The notes beneath the pieces are model-generated. The model was not told the origin of the DNA. It did no database searches and was given only the letters and a program-made list of their open reading frames with translations. Position numbers and translations under genes: made by a program. Positions 22,972 to 32,849 of a DNA stretch of 64,000 bases are shown here, one piece after another. This stretch comes from Candidatus Wolframiiraptor gerlachensis. Lineage in GTDB: Archaea; Thermoproteota; Nitrososphaeria_A; Caldarchaeales; Wolframiiraptoraceae. Location of the stretch: contig JAJPCT020000022.1 in the NCBI GenBank assembly GCA_021323375.2, positions 1 through 64,000 of the forward strand. Reading direction: 5' to 3'. Each line of letters starts with the position of its first letter. Position 1 is the stretch's first letter.

Positions 22972-23148
22972 TCAGCATCCACACAAGTATAGATCGTCGT
23001 CGGATTCGGATGATAGATACTTCTCAGGATTTTTCCGGAATTCCTCCAAGCAGTACCCGCAGCAGAAATAGTATGTACTGCCTTTGTACTCCATCTTATA
23101 CGGTGTATCCTCGCTGACCTCCATCCCGCAAACCACGTCTTTAACCAA
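22972..23148 (-). CDS. YHS domain protein
   Basis: DVVCGMEV...YKGSTYYFCC..C..EF..NPEKY; likely TTG start at 23148. Confidence 0.85.
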   Translation of the reverse strand: MVKDVVCGMEVSEDTPYKMEYKGSTYYFCCGYCLEEFRKNPEKYLSSESDDDLYLCGC

Positions 23149-23276
23149 CCTATCAGCCTCATCAAGGGAATGAAATAACCATGTTATAAACATTACGGAC
23201 CTCCAGCATCAAGGTTCTTCTCATTGAGAAAGCAGAAATAAATGGGAGATGGTAGGGGTTAGAACTGTTACTCGGT

Positions 23277-23501
23277 TTATTCTGTGGATGATTGTTCTGA
23301 TGGCTGTGCCGCCTCTTCTTTGGGTGCTTCCTGTGGTGTGGGGATCTCCTCCGGAGGTGGAGCTGCCTCCACCTTCTTCCTCGGCCTCCGAGCCCTTCTC
23401 CTAACTCTTCTGACCTTTCTCACCCTCTTCTTAGCAGGCTTCCTCGCTCTTGCCTTCTTACCTCTCCTACCCCTTTTCCCTCCAGCTTTCCTGCATGCCA
23501 T
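23277..23501 (-). CDS. small highly basic protein with an acidic/Pro-rich tail
   Basis: 26 of residues 4-43 are K/R; TATA-like TTATAA about 35 nt upstream. Confidence 0.65.
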   Translation of the reverse strand: MACRKAGGKRGRRGKKARARKPAKKRVRKVRRVRRRARRPRKKVEAAPPPEEIPTPQEAPKEEAAQPSEQSSTE

Positions 23502-23635
23502 GTCTTTTCACGAAAATTACATCGTTTACATGCTTATAATCTTTACATAATCAAACAGTCCTTCAAAAATGTGCTACAATTATCCAATCATAGCATACTT
23601 ACCCCGAGTTTCTTCATCGCTTGATTATCATAACC

Positions 23636-24169
23636 TTAACTTCTATGAGTTTTCCGGTTTAAGGCCTCTGTTATGAATGATTGAAGCCTCAACTTACACT
23701 CCCTTAGCTTACTTCTGACCTTTCTTCTCGCTCCAGCGCTCCAGTGGCCCTTCGCCTCAATCTCCTTAAACCATTTCTCAAGTGATTCTAGGGCGTTCTC
23801 AAGCTCCTCCGCTTCCTCTTCTGAGACGTTCCCCTTTTCGAGGTTCTCCTTTATCTCACGTAGAAACTCCTCACATTCCTCCAGCAGCTCTAAGTATTCT
23901 CTATTCCTGCTTTCCCTGAATACCTCAAACAGCTTTTTAGCATACTTTCTCTTTAATGGCCTCGAGACCATGATTATTGCTTTATTGATCTCCGAGTCAA
24001 GTAATATCTCCTCGACATCCTTCTCAATCTCCTTCCTGTATGGGATTAGGCAGAGTGAGAAGTTTGGGTATATCCCTCCCAAGTTCCTCAATCTTCTCCA
24101 GAGCTTGACCCTGACCCTGGATGGGTAGTTCGAGGAATCGTATAGTATTATCAGAAATTTCTCAGGCAT
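23636..24169 (-). CDS. ChrB-domain (PaaX-like) putative regulator
   Basis: RVKLWRRLRNLG and REYLELLEECEEF...LE.LEKWF.EI resemble the ChrB N-terminal family. Confidence 0.65.
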   Translation of the reverse strand: MPEKFLIILYDSSNYPSRVRVKLWRRLRNLGGIYPNFSLCLIPYRKEIEKDVEEILLDSEINKAIIMVSRPLKRKYAKKLFEVFRESRNREYLELLEECEEFLREIKENLEKGNVSEEEAEELENALESLEKWFKEIEAKGHWSAGARRKVRSKLRECKLRLQSFITEALNRKTHRS

Positions 24170-24221
24170 GATATCATTCCCTCAGCTTGATGCTAATAAG
24201 CGTATGCCTCGCGGCAGAATG

Positions 24222-24244
24222 TTTAAATGTAACGGCTGTTACAT
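24222..24244 (+). promoter_or_regulatory. TATA box (TTTAAA) directly followed by the perfect palindrome ATGTAAC-N4-GTTACAT
   Basis: 7-bp inverted repeat at 24227-24233 / 24238-24244 in the divergent intergenic region. Confidence 0.6.
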
Positions 24245-24270
24245 CGAGGCGCAAGGATGGAGAGGAAAGA

Positions 24271-25221
24271 ATGATGATTGTGATCAGTCTCCAGAAAACC
24301 GCTAACTATATTCTGAGCAGGAGGGGGAAGGATGGGGGCTATCTCTACTATCAGTATCAAGGCATCTTCGACTCCAGCGCTGAGGACACATACTATGCCG
24401 TGAGATCGCTCAAGCTTCTAGGAATTGAACCGCCTAAACCCGAGGAGACAATAGATTTTCTTAAGAGCCTTCAAAGAGAGGATGGCACCTATCCAAGCCT
24501 CCGCACGGCATATTTTGCCATAAAGGCCCTAGAGGAGCTCGGCAGCGAGCCAAGAAAACCAAAGGAGGCAATTAATTATCTAGGATCCCAGCTTGAGAGA
24601 AATCTGGATAGGATCTCGGGGGCAGAGGCATATGCGAGTTCTGTCAAGGACATGAGACCTCTTATCGAGAATGGTGTTCTTAGGTCATGGGATTTAACCG
24701 ACAGACTCTATGTTGTTGAGATTTCCTCAGGCCTATCCAACCTGTCCATGATAATCGAGGCATTAAACATCTTGGGATGTGATATCAGTGATGGGGGGCG
24801 GCGGAAGATAATTGAAACTATCCTCTCATACATGCGGGAGGATGGAGGGTTTGGCGCATCATATTCCCTGATTGATGAGACATTTCACGCATTAAATGCT
24901 TTACATAATTTGAGATACGCGTTGACTGATCTGGGGAGGACTGTTGAATGGTTTGGAAGATGTGAGGATGAGTATGGGGGCTTTAAGCCTAACCCGGCTG
25001 TCAAACACTCCTACCTGATCTCCGACCTGTATTACGGCCTTGAGTCCATGAACCTGCTGAGATTATTTCCTAGATATAAAGGAGCTCATATCGAATTTGT
25101 CCTAAAGTGTTATAATGATAATGGGGGCTTTCGGGAGTCAATACATATAGGCTTATCCACGCTTGAGGCGACATTCTATGCGCTCTCATCGCTTACCATG
25201 CTTGGGGAGTTAAGGGTGTAG
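24271..25221 (+). CDS. prenyltransferase/squalene-oxidase repeat (alpha/alpha barrel) protein
   Basis: Repeated DGGY/DGTY/DGGF/YGGF/NGGF...T.YA/TFHA/TFYA units. Confidence 0.75.
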   Translation: MMIVISLQKTANYILSRRGKDGGYLYYQYQGIFDSSAEDTYYAVRSLKLLGIEPPKPEETIDFLKSLQREDGTYPSLRTAYFAIKALEELGSEPRKPKEAINYLGSQLERNLDRISGAEAYASSVKDMRPLIENGVLRSWDLTDRLYVVEISSGLSNLSMIIEALNILGCDISDGGRRKIIETILSYMREDGGFGASYSLIDETFHALNALHNLRYALTDLGRTVEWFGRCEDEYGGFKPNPAVKHSYLISDLYYGLESMNLLRLFPRYKGAHIEFVLKCYNDNGGFRESIHIGLSTLEATFYALSSLTMLGELRV

Positions 25222-25224
25222 AAT

Positions 25225-25875
25225 ATGAGGAAGGATGAGGAGAAGGATGTGGTTTACATCTCCCTGAAAAGCGCGTTGATGGAGGAAGGATGCCCCATAT
25301 GCCTGCTCGTCTCCAAGAGAAGGGATCAGTGGATTGAGACCTTGTTTTACGAGCTTGTTACTAGTAGCGAGACTAGGAGGAAGCTGAGGGAGAGGGGCTT
25401 CTGCACACATCATCTCTGGTATATCTTGGACTATCTCGAGAAGAACTTGGGAATAGATGGGCTGGGCATCTCAATAATCCTGCATGACCTATTATCGACA
25501 AGCATCGAGCTGCTTGAGAGTATGAATGTGTCCAAGAAACGGCCTGAGTGCTTATTGTGCTCAATAATCAAGGAGTATGAGAGGGATTATCTAGATTCTC
25601 TGGCCGAGTGGATTACGACTCAGGAGTTCATGAGGATCCTTAGCGAGGGGGATTCTGTATTCTGTCTACCTCACTTAGCGGCGCTTCTAAGGAAGATTGA
25701 TAACAGGCATGGACTAGCTATTCTGAAGATCCAATTAGAGAAGATGAGGAGGATACTTGGAAGGCTGGAGCTTTTCATTAGTAAGTCGGACTACAGGTAT
25801 CTAGGAGATCTGCGGGGAGAGGAGGCTAAGGCGCGATATCTTGCCTTGCAGGTGCTCGGGGGGATAAATCTATGA
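25225..25875 (+). CDS. Cys/His-motif protein (DUF6062-like)
   Basis: CPIC, GFCTHH, CLLC and FCLPH motifs; starts 3 nt after the upstream stop. Confidence 0.7.
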   Translation: MRKDEEKDVVYISLKSALMEEGCPICLLVSKRRDQWIETLFYELVTSSETRRKLRERGFCTHHLWYILDYLEKNLGIDGLGISIILHDLLSTSIELLESMNVSKKRPECLLCSIIKEYERDYLDSLAEWITTQEFMRILSEGDSVFCLPHLAALLRKIDNRHGLAILKIQLEKMRRILGRLELFISKSDYRYLGDLRGEEAKARYLALQVLGGINL

Positions 25876-25953
25876 AACTGCTCACCATTTTTGCGACTCA
25901 TTTTTCAGGACAGAGCTAATGATTTATACAGCTCCTTTTTACCTAGTTATCTT

Positions 25954-27186
25954 GTGAAGGAGATTTTAGAACATGTTAGGACGACTTCTTGGGAGCTTTT
26001 GGATGAGATTGTTAAGACATTTGTCGAGGTTCTGAGGATTCCGGCTATAAGTCCCTCGGCTGGCGGCCGTGGCGAGCTTAGGAGGGCTGAGAGGCTTCAA
26101 TTCATTCTATCGGAGCTTGGGATTGAACGGGTGAGGAGGGTGGATGTCCCCGATGAGAGGGCTGAGGGCGGTGTTAGGCCAAATATTATCGCGGTCTTGG
26201 AGGGCGAGGACTCCAGTAAGACCCTTTGGCTGATAGCTCACATAGATACCGTCCCTGAGGGCGATGTAAGGCTCTGGGAGACGGATCCATTCGAGCCCAT
26301 AGTCAGGAATGGGAGGATATATGCGCGGGGCGCGGAGGATAATGGCCAAGCGATTGCCTCGATGCTCCTAGCCGCGAGGATACTTATGGAGCTGGGCTTG
26401 AGGCCGAGAGTCGATCTGGGATTCGTCTTCGTCTCCGATGAAGAGGCTGGCAACAAGTATGGTTTAGAGCAGCTGGTCAGGATGGGGATATTCAAGGAGG
26501 GCGATGAGGCGGTTGTCTTGGATTACGGCTCCCCGGATGGTTCTGAGATGGAGATCGCGGAGAAGCACATGCTCTGGCTTAAGTTCATGGTGCGCGGCGT
26601 CCAAGCCCATGCGGCATTCCCGCATCATGGGGTAAATGCTCATAGGATTGGAGCACGGCTTCTCCTAACCCTCGACGAAATCTTGCATGAAAAGTTCCAC
26701 GAGCATGATGAGTTATACATTCCACCCGCCTCCACCTTCGAGCCAACCAAGAAGGAGTCGAACGTGGAGAACGTGAACACTATTCCCGGCATCGACGTCT
26801 TCTATTTCGACTGCAGGGTTCTGCCGAAATACTCTCTAGATGATGTTTTATCCACTGTTAGGGAGGTTTGCGGAAGATTCGAGTCCATGTATGGTGTAAG
26901 GATCGAGGTTGAGGAGGTCTTTAGGTGGGATTCTCCCCCACCCACGCCGCCGAGCGCGAATGTTGTCAGAAAGCTCTCGGAAGCCCTTAAGATCTCTAGA
27001 GGCGTGAATGCTAGGCTCATCGGTATTGGAGGCGGGACATGCGCGGCTCTCCTAAGAGCTCAGAATATCCCAGCCGTCGTCTGGTCAACCCTAGATGGCA
27101 TGGCCCATAAACCAAATGAATACTGCAAGATCGAGAATATTCGAAAGGATGCCGAGACGCTCGCAGTTCTCTCGCTCATTATCTAG
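25954..27186 (+). CDS. M20 family metallohydrolase (DapE/ArgE-like)
   Basis: AHIDTVP, RGAEDN, DEE and AHKPNE motifs; the start could be 25891. Confidence 0.9.
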   Translation: MKEILEHVRTTSWELLDEIVKTFVEVLRIPAISPSAGGRGELRRAERLQFILSELGIERVRRVDVPDERAEGGVRPNIIAVLEGEDSSKTLWLIAHIDTVPEGDVRLWETDPFEPIVRNGRIYARGAEDNGQAIASMLLAARILMELGLRPRVDLGFVFVSDEEAGNKYGLEQLVRMGIFKEGDEAVVLDYGSPDGSEMEIAEKHMLWLKFMVRGVQAHAAFPHHGVNAHRIGARLLLTLDEILHEKFHEHDELYIPPASTFEPTKKESNVENVNTIPGIDVFYFDCRVLPKYSLDDVLSTVREVCGRFESMYGVRIEVEEVFRWDSPPPTPPSANVVRKLSEALKISRGVNARLIGIGGGTCAALLRAQNIPAVVWSTLDGMAHKPNEYCKIENIRKDAETLAVLSLII

Positions 27187-28214
27187 CTCGGCCTCCTGCC
27201 GCTCCTCCAGATAGGAGGATATGTTCCCCTCTCCATTATCACGCGCTCCGTGTCCACAGCTATTCCATGATCCCTCTCAAGCATCTCCTCGGCATCCATT
27301 AGGCTTCTCCCGATGGCAACGAGCTCGCCCTTAAGCGTCATGATTGCGACCGGCGCGTCTCTCGTGACAGTATTCTCGACCTTGGCCACACCGACGACCG
27401 CGAGATTTGCTCCATGGCATATCGCATCAACAGCGGTATCAAGTATGAAGACCTTGGGCATATACTCCACTGCCTCCTCGACAGGTCTTAGAATATCCCT
27501 TAGGCGGCCCTCATTCCCGCTCTCCTTATACTCCATTAGCGCCGCATAGAGGTCCAGTAGTGTGTAGGCCTTCTCCTCGATGAATGGGCCGGCCCTAGTC
27601 CTCCGAAGCTCCTGCATATGGGCGCCGCATCTCAGGTATAGGCCGATATCCTTGCATAGTCTCCGGATATATGTCCCGCCTGAGCAGGCGACTTTCATCA
27701 ACACATTTCTCCCAATCCTCTCGATGAGCTCTATCCTATAGATGATCCTAGTCCTAATCCTCCGCGCGACACTCGACCTCACGGGCGGGACTTGATATAT
27801 CTCGCCCGTGAAGAATCTTAGCGCCCTTCCGAGATCCTCGTCCGATACATCACCATGGAGTCTCATGAGGCAGACATACTCCTTCCCACCTCCCATAACT
27901 GCCCCAGCACACTTCGTTGCTTCATCAACCAATATCGGGAGAACGCCCGAGACTGCCGGGTCGAGTGTTCCGCCGTGGCCAGCCTGCCTAGCGCCGAGAA
28001 GCTCCTTCACAGTAAATGCTACCTCATGGCTCGTCGGTCCACGAGGTTTATCCACATTAACTATACAGGCCCTAAGAAGCTTCTCAAGAGGCCTCTCATA
28101 TGGCGGACAGCCATAGCTGGGATCACTCTCAGCATCAACCCTAACCAGTATCTCGCGCTCAATCTCCCAAGGAGGCTTAGCGGCCTCGAAGATCATCCAC
28201 TTGGAGATTATCAC
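27183..28214 (-). CDS. cbf5: H/ACA pseudouridine synthase Cbf5 (TruB family)
   Basis: DKPRGPTSHEV, GHGGTLDP and GTYIR motifs plus a PUA domain. Confidence 0.95.
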   Translation of the reverse strand: MIISKWMIFEAAKPPWEIEREILVRVDAESDPSYGCPPYERPLEKLLRACIVNVDKPRGPTSHEVAFTVKELLGARQAGHGGTLDPAVSGVLPILVDEATKCAGAVMGGGKEYVCLMRLHGDVSDEDLGRALRFFTGEIYQVPPVRSSVARRIRTRIIYRIELIERIGRNVLMKVACSGGTYIRRLCKDIGLYLRCGAHMQELRRTRAGPFIEEKAYTLLDLYAALMEYKESGNEGRLRDILRPVEEAVEYMPKVFILDTAVDAICHGANLAVVGVAKVENTVTRDAPVAIMTLKGELVAIGRSLMDAEEMLERDHGIAVDTERVIMERGTYPPIWRSGRRPS

Positions 28215-28235
28215 CTCAGCTCAAAAAGGCTTCGT

Positions 28236-28526
28236 CTAGGCCAACGCCTCCAGCTCCACCTTAACCTTGGACTTCATATACTCTATTAGGCCAGCTGCCT
28301 CCAGAGCCTTCATCACCTCCTCGTCGCTAGCGCCCCTTTCGATCTCTATCTTATGAGGCGTGAATGCGAGATGCCTCACGTTAGCCCTCCTCCGCCGGAC
28401 GCCCGTCAACTCCTTCGGCCCGGTCACGAGCACGAAGTTCTTATCAATCACGTCAACTATCACGCACTTCTTCCCCGCCTCCCTACCCGAGACCTTCACA
28501 GCTATCCGGCCTATCTCCTCGATCAT
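28236..28526 (-). CDS. rpl14e: 50S ribosomal protein L14e
   Basis: [24 protein letters not shown]; sits next to cbf5. Confidence 0.95.
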   Translation of the reverse strand: MIEEIGRIAVKVSGREAGKKCVIVDVIDKNFVLVTGPKELTGVRRRRANVRHLAFTPHKIEIERGASDEEVMKALEAAGLIEYMKSKVKVELEALA

Positions 28527-28635
28527 ACCCGCCCTAAAGCGGGCTAAAAATCACTATTTATGAATTGCCGGAAGCCCCGAAAGAAGGCTATAAAAGGCAA
28601 TTCTCTCCAGCCCACTCACTCCAGACAACCATTAC

Positions 28636-29050
28636 TCAATTACTAGTAGAGATAAACAATAGTTTTAGGTATATTGCCGCTATTGCGAGCGCGATTCCTG
28701 CGATCCTCTTAAATGTGATCACCTCGCCCAAGAAAGCTATGCTGAGAAAAACGGTTAATGCCCAAGCTTAGCCTAGCTATCGGCACGATTGTTGTCGCCT
28801 CACCGGCCCTTAGCCCATAGAGCATCGCCACCATGGCGACACATATCAGAACGCCCGAGAGAAATGCGTAGATGACGGTATCCCAATTTAGAGATATTCT
28901 CCACTCCTCCAGAAAACACTCTAGAAGGATGGTCGTTGTAAATGTTGCCAAAACCTCTACAGCATAATAGCTGACTGGTGATGGGCTTAGAGAGATACCT
29001 TTTCCTGAAAAATCACAAAGATCTATGCAGATAAAAGGTCGCCAATGCAA
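28636..29050 (-). pseudogene. EamA/DMT transporter fragment
   Basis: GEATTIVPIARLS, then a frameshift near 28770 into LTVFLSIAFLGEVITFKRIAGIALAIAAIYL; the 5' part is degraded. Confidence 0.6.
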
Positions 29051-29153
29051 ATAATATCTCAGTCTTAGGGATTTGAGACGTGCTTGGTGCTTCGGGGCTC
29101 AGCGATTTATATTTTGTCCGCCAGCTGTTCGCATCTTATGATGACCAGCGATA

Positions 29154-29675
29154 CTACTTCCTGAGCTTTGCTAGGCTAAGTATCTGCTCGGGCTTCAGCA
29201 CGGAGACGCCGGTATATGCTCCAACAACCTCTATCAGGACTATCCAGTCGGGGTTCTTCAAGTCAACCCGCCTATCAACATTCTTCGCGGCCACCTCTAT
29301 TATCTCGGAGCTCGAGAGCGACGTATGCCTCTTCTCGATTGTTATCCTGAAGCTCTGGCCCTCTGGGATCTTTGATGAAACTCTCTTAACAGCCTCGGCT
29401 ATCATCTCGAGATTCGACTCAACTACTTCCTCTATCGGGATTATCCTCATTAAGCTTCCAACCCTCCAAGGCTCCTCCTCAGCGATTACCTTAACCCTCT
29501 CAATAACCTCGAATGGATCGAGGCTAGTCCTCGCCGTCAATAGGCCCGAGATGCTCGTCATCGAGACCTGGGGCTCACGATCGCCGAGAAACCTTAGCAG
29601 ATCCTCAAGCTCTACCGCTGCGAGGTTTTCCATTCCCCTAGCGGTCGTAACTATGAGATTGAACCTCCTCACCAC
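29154..29675 (-). CDS. THUMP domain RNA-binding protein
   Basis: SFRITIEKR...VDLKNPD..VLIEV. Confidence 0.88.
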   Translation of the reverse strand: MVRRFNLIVTTARGMENLAAVELEDLLRFLGDREPQVSMTSISGLLTARTSLDPFEVIERVKVIAEEEPWRVGSLMRIIPIEEVVESNLEMIAEAVKRVSSKIPEGQSFRITIEKRHTSLSSSEIIEVAAKNVDRRVDLKNPDWIVLIEVVGAYTGVSVLKPEQILSLAKLRK

Positions 29676-29750
29676 GATAAGAAAAAGCTCATCTCAACAT
29701 ATAAAGATGCAAGCAAGGAGGATGGCCAGAGATCCAAGTGCACGGCAGCA

Positions 29751-30407
29751 TCATGCCTCCGGGAGAGGTGTTAGCTCCACGTTAGGGGTATTCAGCCAGA
29801 TTCCACGCGCCCTGCACTCCTCCACTGCCTCAGGATGAGCCCATAGGGCATAAAATGCCTTAACCACCTTGCCCTTCAACAGCTCCGGCTCATGCCGCAT
29901 TATCGCCTCCAACTTCCTCTCAAGCATCTTAACATGTCTCGGGGCAAGCCTCGTTTTAGCCTCACCGATGATCGTCATCCCACCATCGGATCCATAAATA
30001 TCCAGCTCGATATACGGCCTGACGAGCGGGCTGAGCCTGATCTCGATCCCGCGCTGCCTAAGCCTTAGCTCCATCATCGATCTAGCCTCATCCTCAAGCA
30101 AGATACTAACCTCCTGTATGTGACGAAGAGCATATCGTAATGCCCTCCACATCCTCCTCTGCTCATCGGCCAGCCTAACAACAGCCTCTTCCAACCTTTT
30201 CTGGCCCTCAGTTAATCTCACGACAGCTTCTCTAAGCTCGGCCTGCCCACGCCTAAGATCCTCCAAGCCTATAAGACCGGCGATCGCGTACCTGAACTCC
30301 TCATCCTCTCTTAAAAGCCTTAGAATCCTCGATTTCAAGTTCGCCCTAGAGCCCATTCCCATCTCGGAGAGGGAAGTATCCAGTTTATAAGGAATCTCTA
30401 TCACCAT
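29751..30407 (-). CDS. coiled-coil heptad protein with a C-terminal PD-(D/E)XK domain
   Basis: LLREDEEFRYAIAG.IG, repeated EAVVRL and ELD...IGEAK motifs. Confidence 0.7.
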   Translation of the reverse strand: MVIEIPYKLDTSLSEMGMGSRANLKSRILRLLREDEEFRYAIAGLIGLEDLRRGQAELREAVVRLTEGQKRLEEAVVRLADEQRRMWRALRYALRHIQEVSILLEDEARSMMELRLRQRGIEIRLSPLVRPYIELDIYGSDGGMTIIGEAKTRLAPRHVKMLERKLEAIMRHEPELLKGKVVKAFYALWAHPEAVEECRARGIWLNTPNVELTPLPEA

Positions 30408-30459
30408 TCAAGACACTTGGTATGTTAAGCCATTCAAGGAGGATGATTATGTGATGTGT

Positions 30460-31407
30460 TTAGATTTCTGGGACTATGCCGGGTATTCTTGGGAATGGCT
30501 GGACCTCTGCGACGTGCCGCGCTCCAACGATATATGCTATGAAACGCTCTATTCCGAGGCCGGCTCCAGCTGATGGCTTTAGGAGGCCCTCCTTAGCGAG
30601 GTCTAGCAGGATCTTATAGCTTGACTTGTCCAAGCCATCTCGCTCAAGCTTCTTTGCGAGCTTCTCATACTCGTATTCCCGCTCGGCTCCCGAGATCACC
30701 TCGCCATATCCCTCGGGGAGTATTAGGTCGTAGTTCCTCCACTCGCCGGTCTCCAAGTCCTCATAGTCATAGAATTGCCTTGGGATTCCTGTTACCCAGA
30801 TCGGGTCCTCGATCATCCTTGAGACCTCATCTTGCCATGATGCGCCATATTTTTCCTCGAGTTCGCTCATCTTATAGACCTTGAATGGCGTTCGCGGAAT
30901 CCTCAACTCCCTCCCTAGAACCTCCAGCTCGCGGGAGAGATGCTTTTTCACATGCTTTATCGACTCTGTTATGAGCTCCTCGTATATCCTGAAAATGTCC
31001 TGCATTTTAGCATACGCCACCTCGACTTCGAATTGCGTGAACTCATAAAGGTGTCTTCCGGTCGCTGCTCTATCCCTCTTCTCTATCCTTATGTTTGGTG
31101 ATAGGATGAATATCTTCTCCGGGCCTAGGGAGACGAGGACCCGCTTATGAACTATCATGCTCTGCATCGCTGAGACCTTCTCGCCATATATCTCGACCTC
31201 AACCTTCTTCTCTATACTGAATTCCGGGTCGGGCCAGAGCGGGTCCGTGGACTTGGAGAGGATGACTGGAAGTATCCAGTAGAAGCCCTCCTCGAGAAGA
31301 CGCTCCACCATGACCCTGAGTACCTCTGTCTGGATTCTGAGGATCGCCATCTTTCGGTCGCTCATCGGCTTCCTCAAGTCAAGCCCCTCAAGTATTAGCC
31401 CCCTCAT
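30460..31407 (-). CDS. asnA: archaeal asparagine synthetase A (AsnRS catalytic-core paralog)
   Basis: TDPLWPD, SPNIRIE, HLYEFTQ, SGAERE and GLGIER motifs; no anticodon-binding domain. Confidence 0.88.
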   Translation of the reverse strand: MRGLILEGLDLRKPMSDRKMAILRIQTEVLRVMVERLLEEGFYWILPVILSKSTDPLWPDPEFSIEKKVEVEIYGEKVSAMQSMIVHKRVLVSLGPEKIFILSPNIRIEKRDRAATGRHLYEFTQFEVEVAYAKMQDIFRIYEELITESIKHVKKHLSRELEVLGRELRIPRTPFKVYKMSELEEKYGASWQDEVSRMIEDPIWVTGIPRQFYDYEDLETGEWRNYDLILPEGYGEVISGAEREYEYEKLAKKLERDGLDKSSYKILLDLAKEGLLKPSAGAGLGIERFIAYIVGARHVAEVQPFPRIPGIVPEI

Positions 31408-31574
31408 CTGGTGCTCTGTGATCGAGTTAAGAGCAGTATATTTGTCTTTTTAACGGGCATATCCGTCAGCTGGATGAGGAGTGCGGACCTGTTTATCTTC
31501 TTTCCCGACCATCTGCCGGCGTAGCCGCTGGCGCGAGAGCGTTATAGGCTCGAGGATCATCATAATACTCGTCA

Positions 31575-32849
31575 ATGAGGGAGCGGTTGAAGGGATTCTC
31601 GAGGCTGATTAGCATTGAGCATGCTCGGGAGATTCTGAGGGGCAAGATTACGCATAGGATAGTTGATGTTGAGGAAGTTGATCTTATCGCGGCTGCTGGC
31701 AGGGTCTGCGGCGAGGACATCAGGGCGCCTACAGACTTTCCAGCATATGATAGGAGTGCTGTTGATGGCTATGCTGTCGTGGCCGAGGATACTTTCGGCG
31801 CCTCCCCCACGAATCCCGTGGAGCTTAGGCTCGTCCATAGGATTGAGCTCGGCGCGGATCCATCAAGCCTCCCGGAGATTAGGAGAGGTGAGGCGGCTGA
31901 GATACCGACCGGCGGGCCGATACCGAGGGGCGCGAACGCTGTCGTCCCCCTCGAGCATACTAGGAGGATTAATGGCCGCCTGGAAGTGTATGAGCAGGTG
32001 CGGCCGCTTCAAAACATCTCTAGAAGGGGTGAGGATTATCGAAGTGGCGAGATCGTCTTGAGGAGGGGCTGGCTTATCAAGCCATGGCATATCGCGGCTC
32101 TAGCATCACTTGGCTTCAAGAGCTTGAGAGTTGTTAGGAGACCGCGTGTCGCCATACTCTCATCGGGTGGAGAGCTTGTCGAGCCGGGTGAGAAGCTCGC
32201 TCCAGGCAAGGTGTATAACTGCACCAAGCCCATGATATGGTCCATGCTCGCATTCTATGGCGCCGAGCCAATAGACTTGGGCATCGTCCCAGATGATGTC
32301 GACGTAATCTCCGAGAGAGTTTCGGATGGGCTGGCGATTTCTGATGCTGTGATAGTTACCGGCGGCACAAGTGTTGGGGAGCGGGATCTAGTCCCAGAGG
32401 CAATCTCGAGGATCGGCGAGATCGTGGTTCATGGGCTCGCGATAAGGCCCGGTAAGCCTATGGGCTTCGCGATAGCCTCCGGCAAGCCGGTATTTATGCT
32501 CTCAGGATTCCCCGTCGCGGCGCTGATAGGCTTACAGGAGCTGGTCATCCCAGCCCTAGAGCACATGCTTGGATGCAGGTTCGATCCACCTCCAAGGATA
32601 AGTGGGAGACTTACTAGGAGGGTGGCATCACCGCCAGGGATCAGAACCTATGTCAGGGTTAGGGTCTTCAGGGGCGCTGATGGAGAAGTCTTAATAGAGC
32701 CGCTGAGGGTTACCGGCTCAGGCATACTCTCAACACTCACTCGCGGGAATGGCCTGCTCGTCATCTCGGAGGAGCTTGAGGGCCTTGATGAGGGCTCCGA
32801 GGTTGAGGTCATCCTCCTCTCACCAATCTTCGAAGGTGGTGAGCCTTGA
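31575..32849 (+). CDS. moeA: molybdopterin molybdo/tungstotransferase MoeA
   Basis: RSAVDGYAV, TGGPIP.GANAV, GGTSVG and RPGKP motifs. Confidence 0.93.
   Translation: MRERLKGFSRLISIEHAREILRGKITHRIVDVEEVDLIAAAGRVCGEDIRAPTDFPAYDRSAVDGYAVVAEDTFGASPTNPVELRLVHRIELGADPSSLPEIRRGEAAEIPTGGPIPRGANAVVPLEHTRRINGRLEVYEQVRPLQNISRRGEDYRSGEIVLRRGWLIKPWHIAALASLGFKSLRVVRRPRVAILSSGGELVEPGEKLAPGKVYNCTKPMIWSMLAFYGAEPIDLGIVPDDVDVISERVSDGLAISDAVIVTGGTSVGERDLVPEAISRIGEIVVHGLAIRPGKPMGFAIASGKPVFMLSGFPVAALIGLQELVIPALEHMLGCRFDPPPRISGRLTRRVASPPGIRTYVRVRVFRGADGEVLIEPLRVTGSGILSTLTRGNGLLVISEELEGLDEGSEVEVILLSPIFEGGEP

Noticed and set aside
29138-29164. Possible C/D sRNA (ATGATGA...CTGA after a TTTATA box)
   Set aside because: No convincing C'/D pair or terminal stem, and it overlaps the THUMP gene end; too weak to call.
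29751-30407. Heptad repeat in the PD-(D/E)XK protein as a variable repeat or defence system
   Set aside because: Only two degenerate units are present, the family is widespread in archaea, and no partner genes are adjacent.
31471-31511. TGGATGA...CCGA-CCA resembling a short C/D RNA
   Set aside because: Too short for two guides and lacks internal D'/C' boxes.
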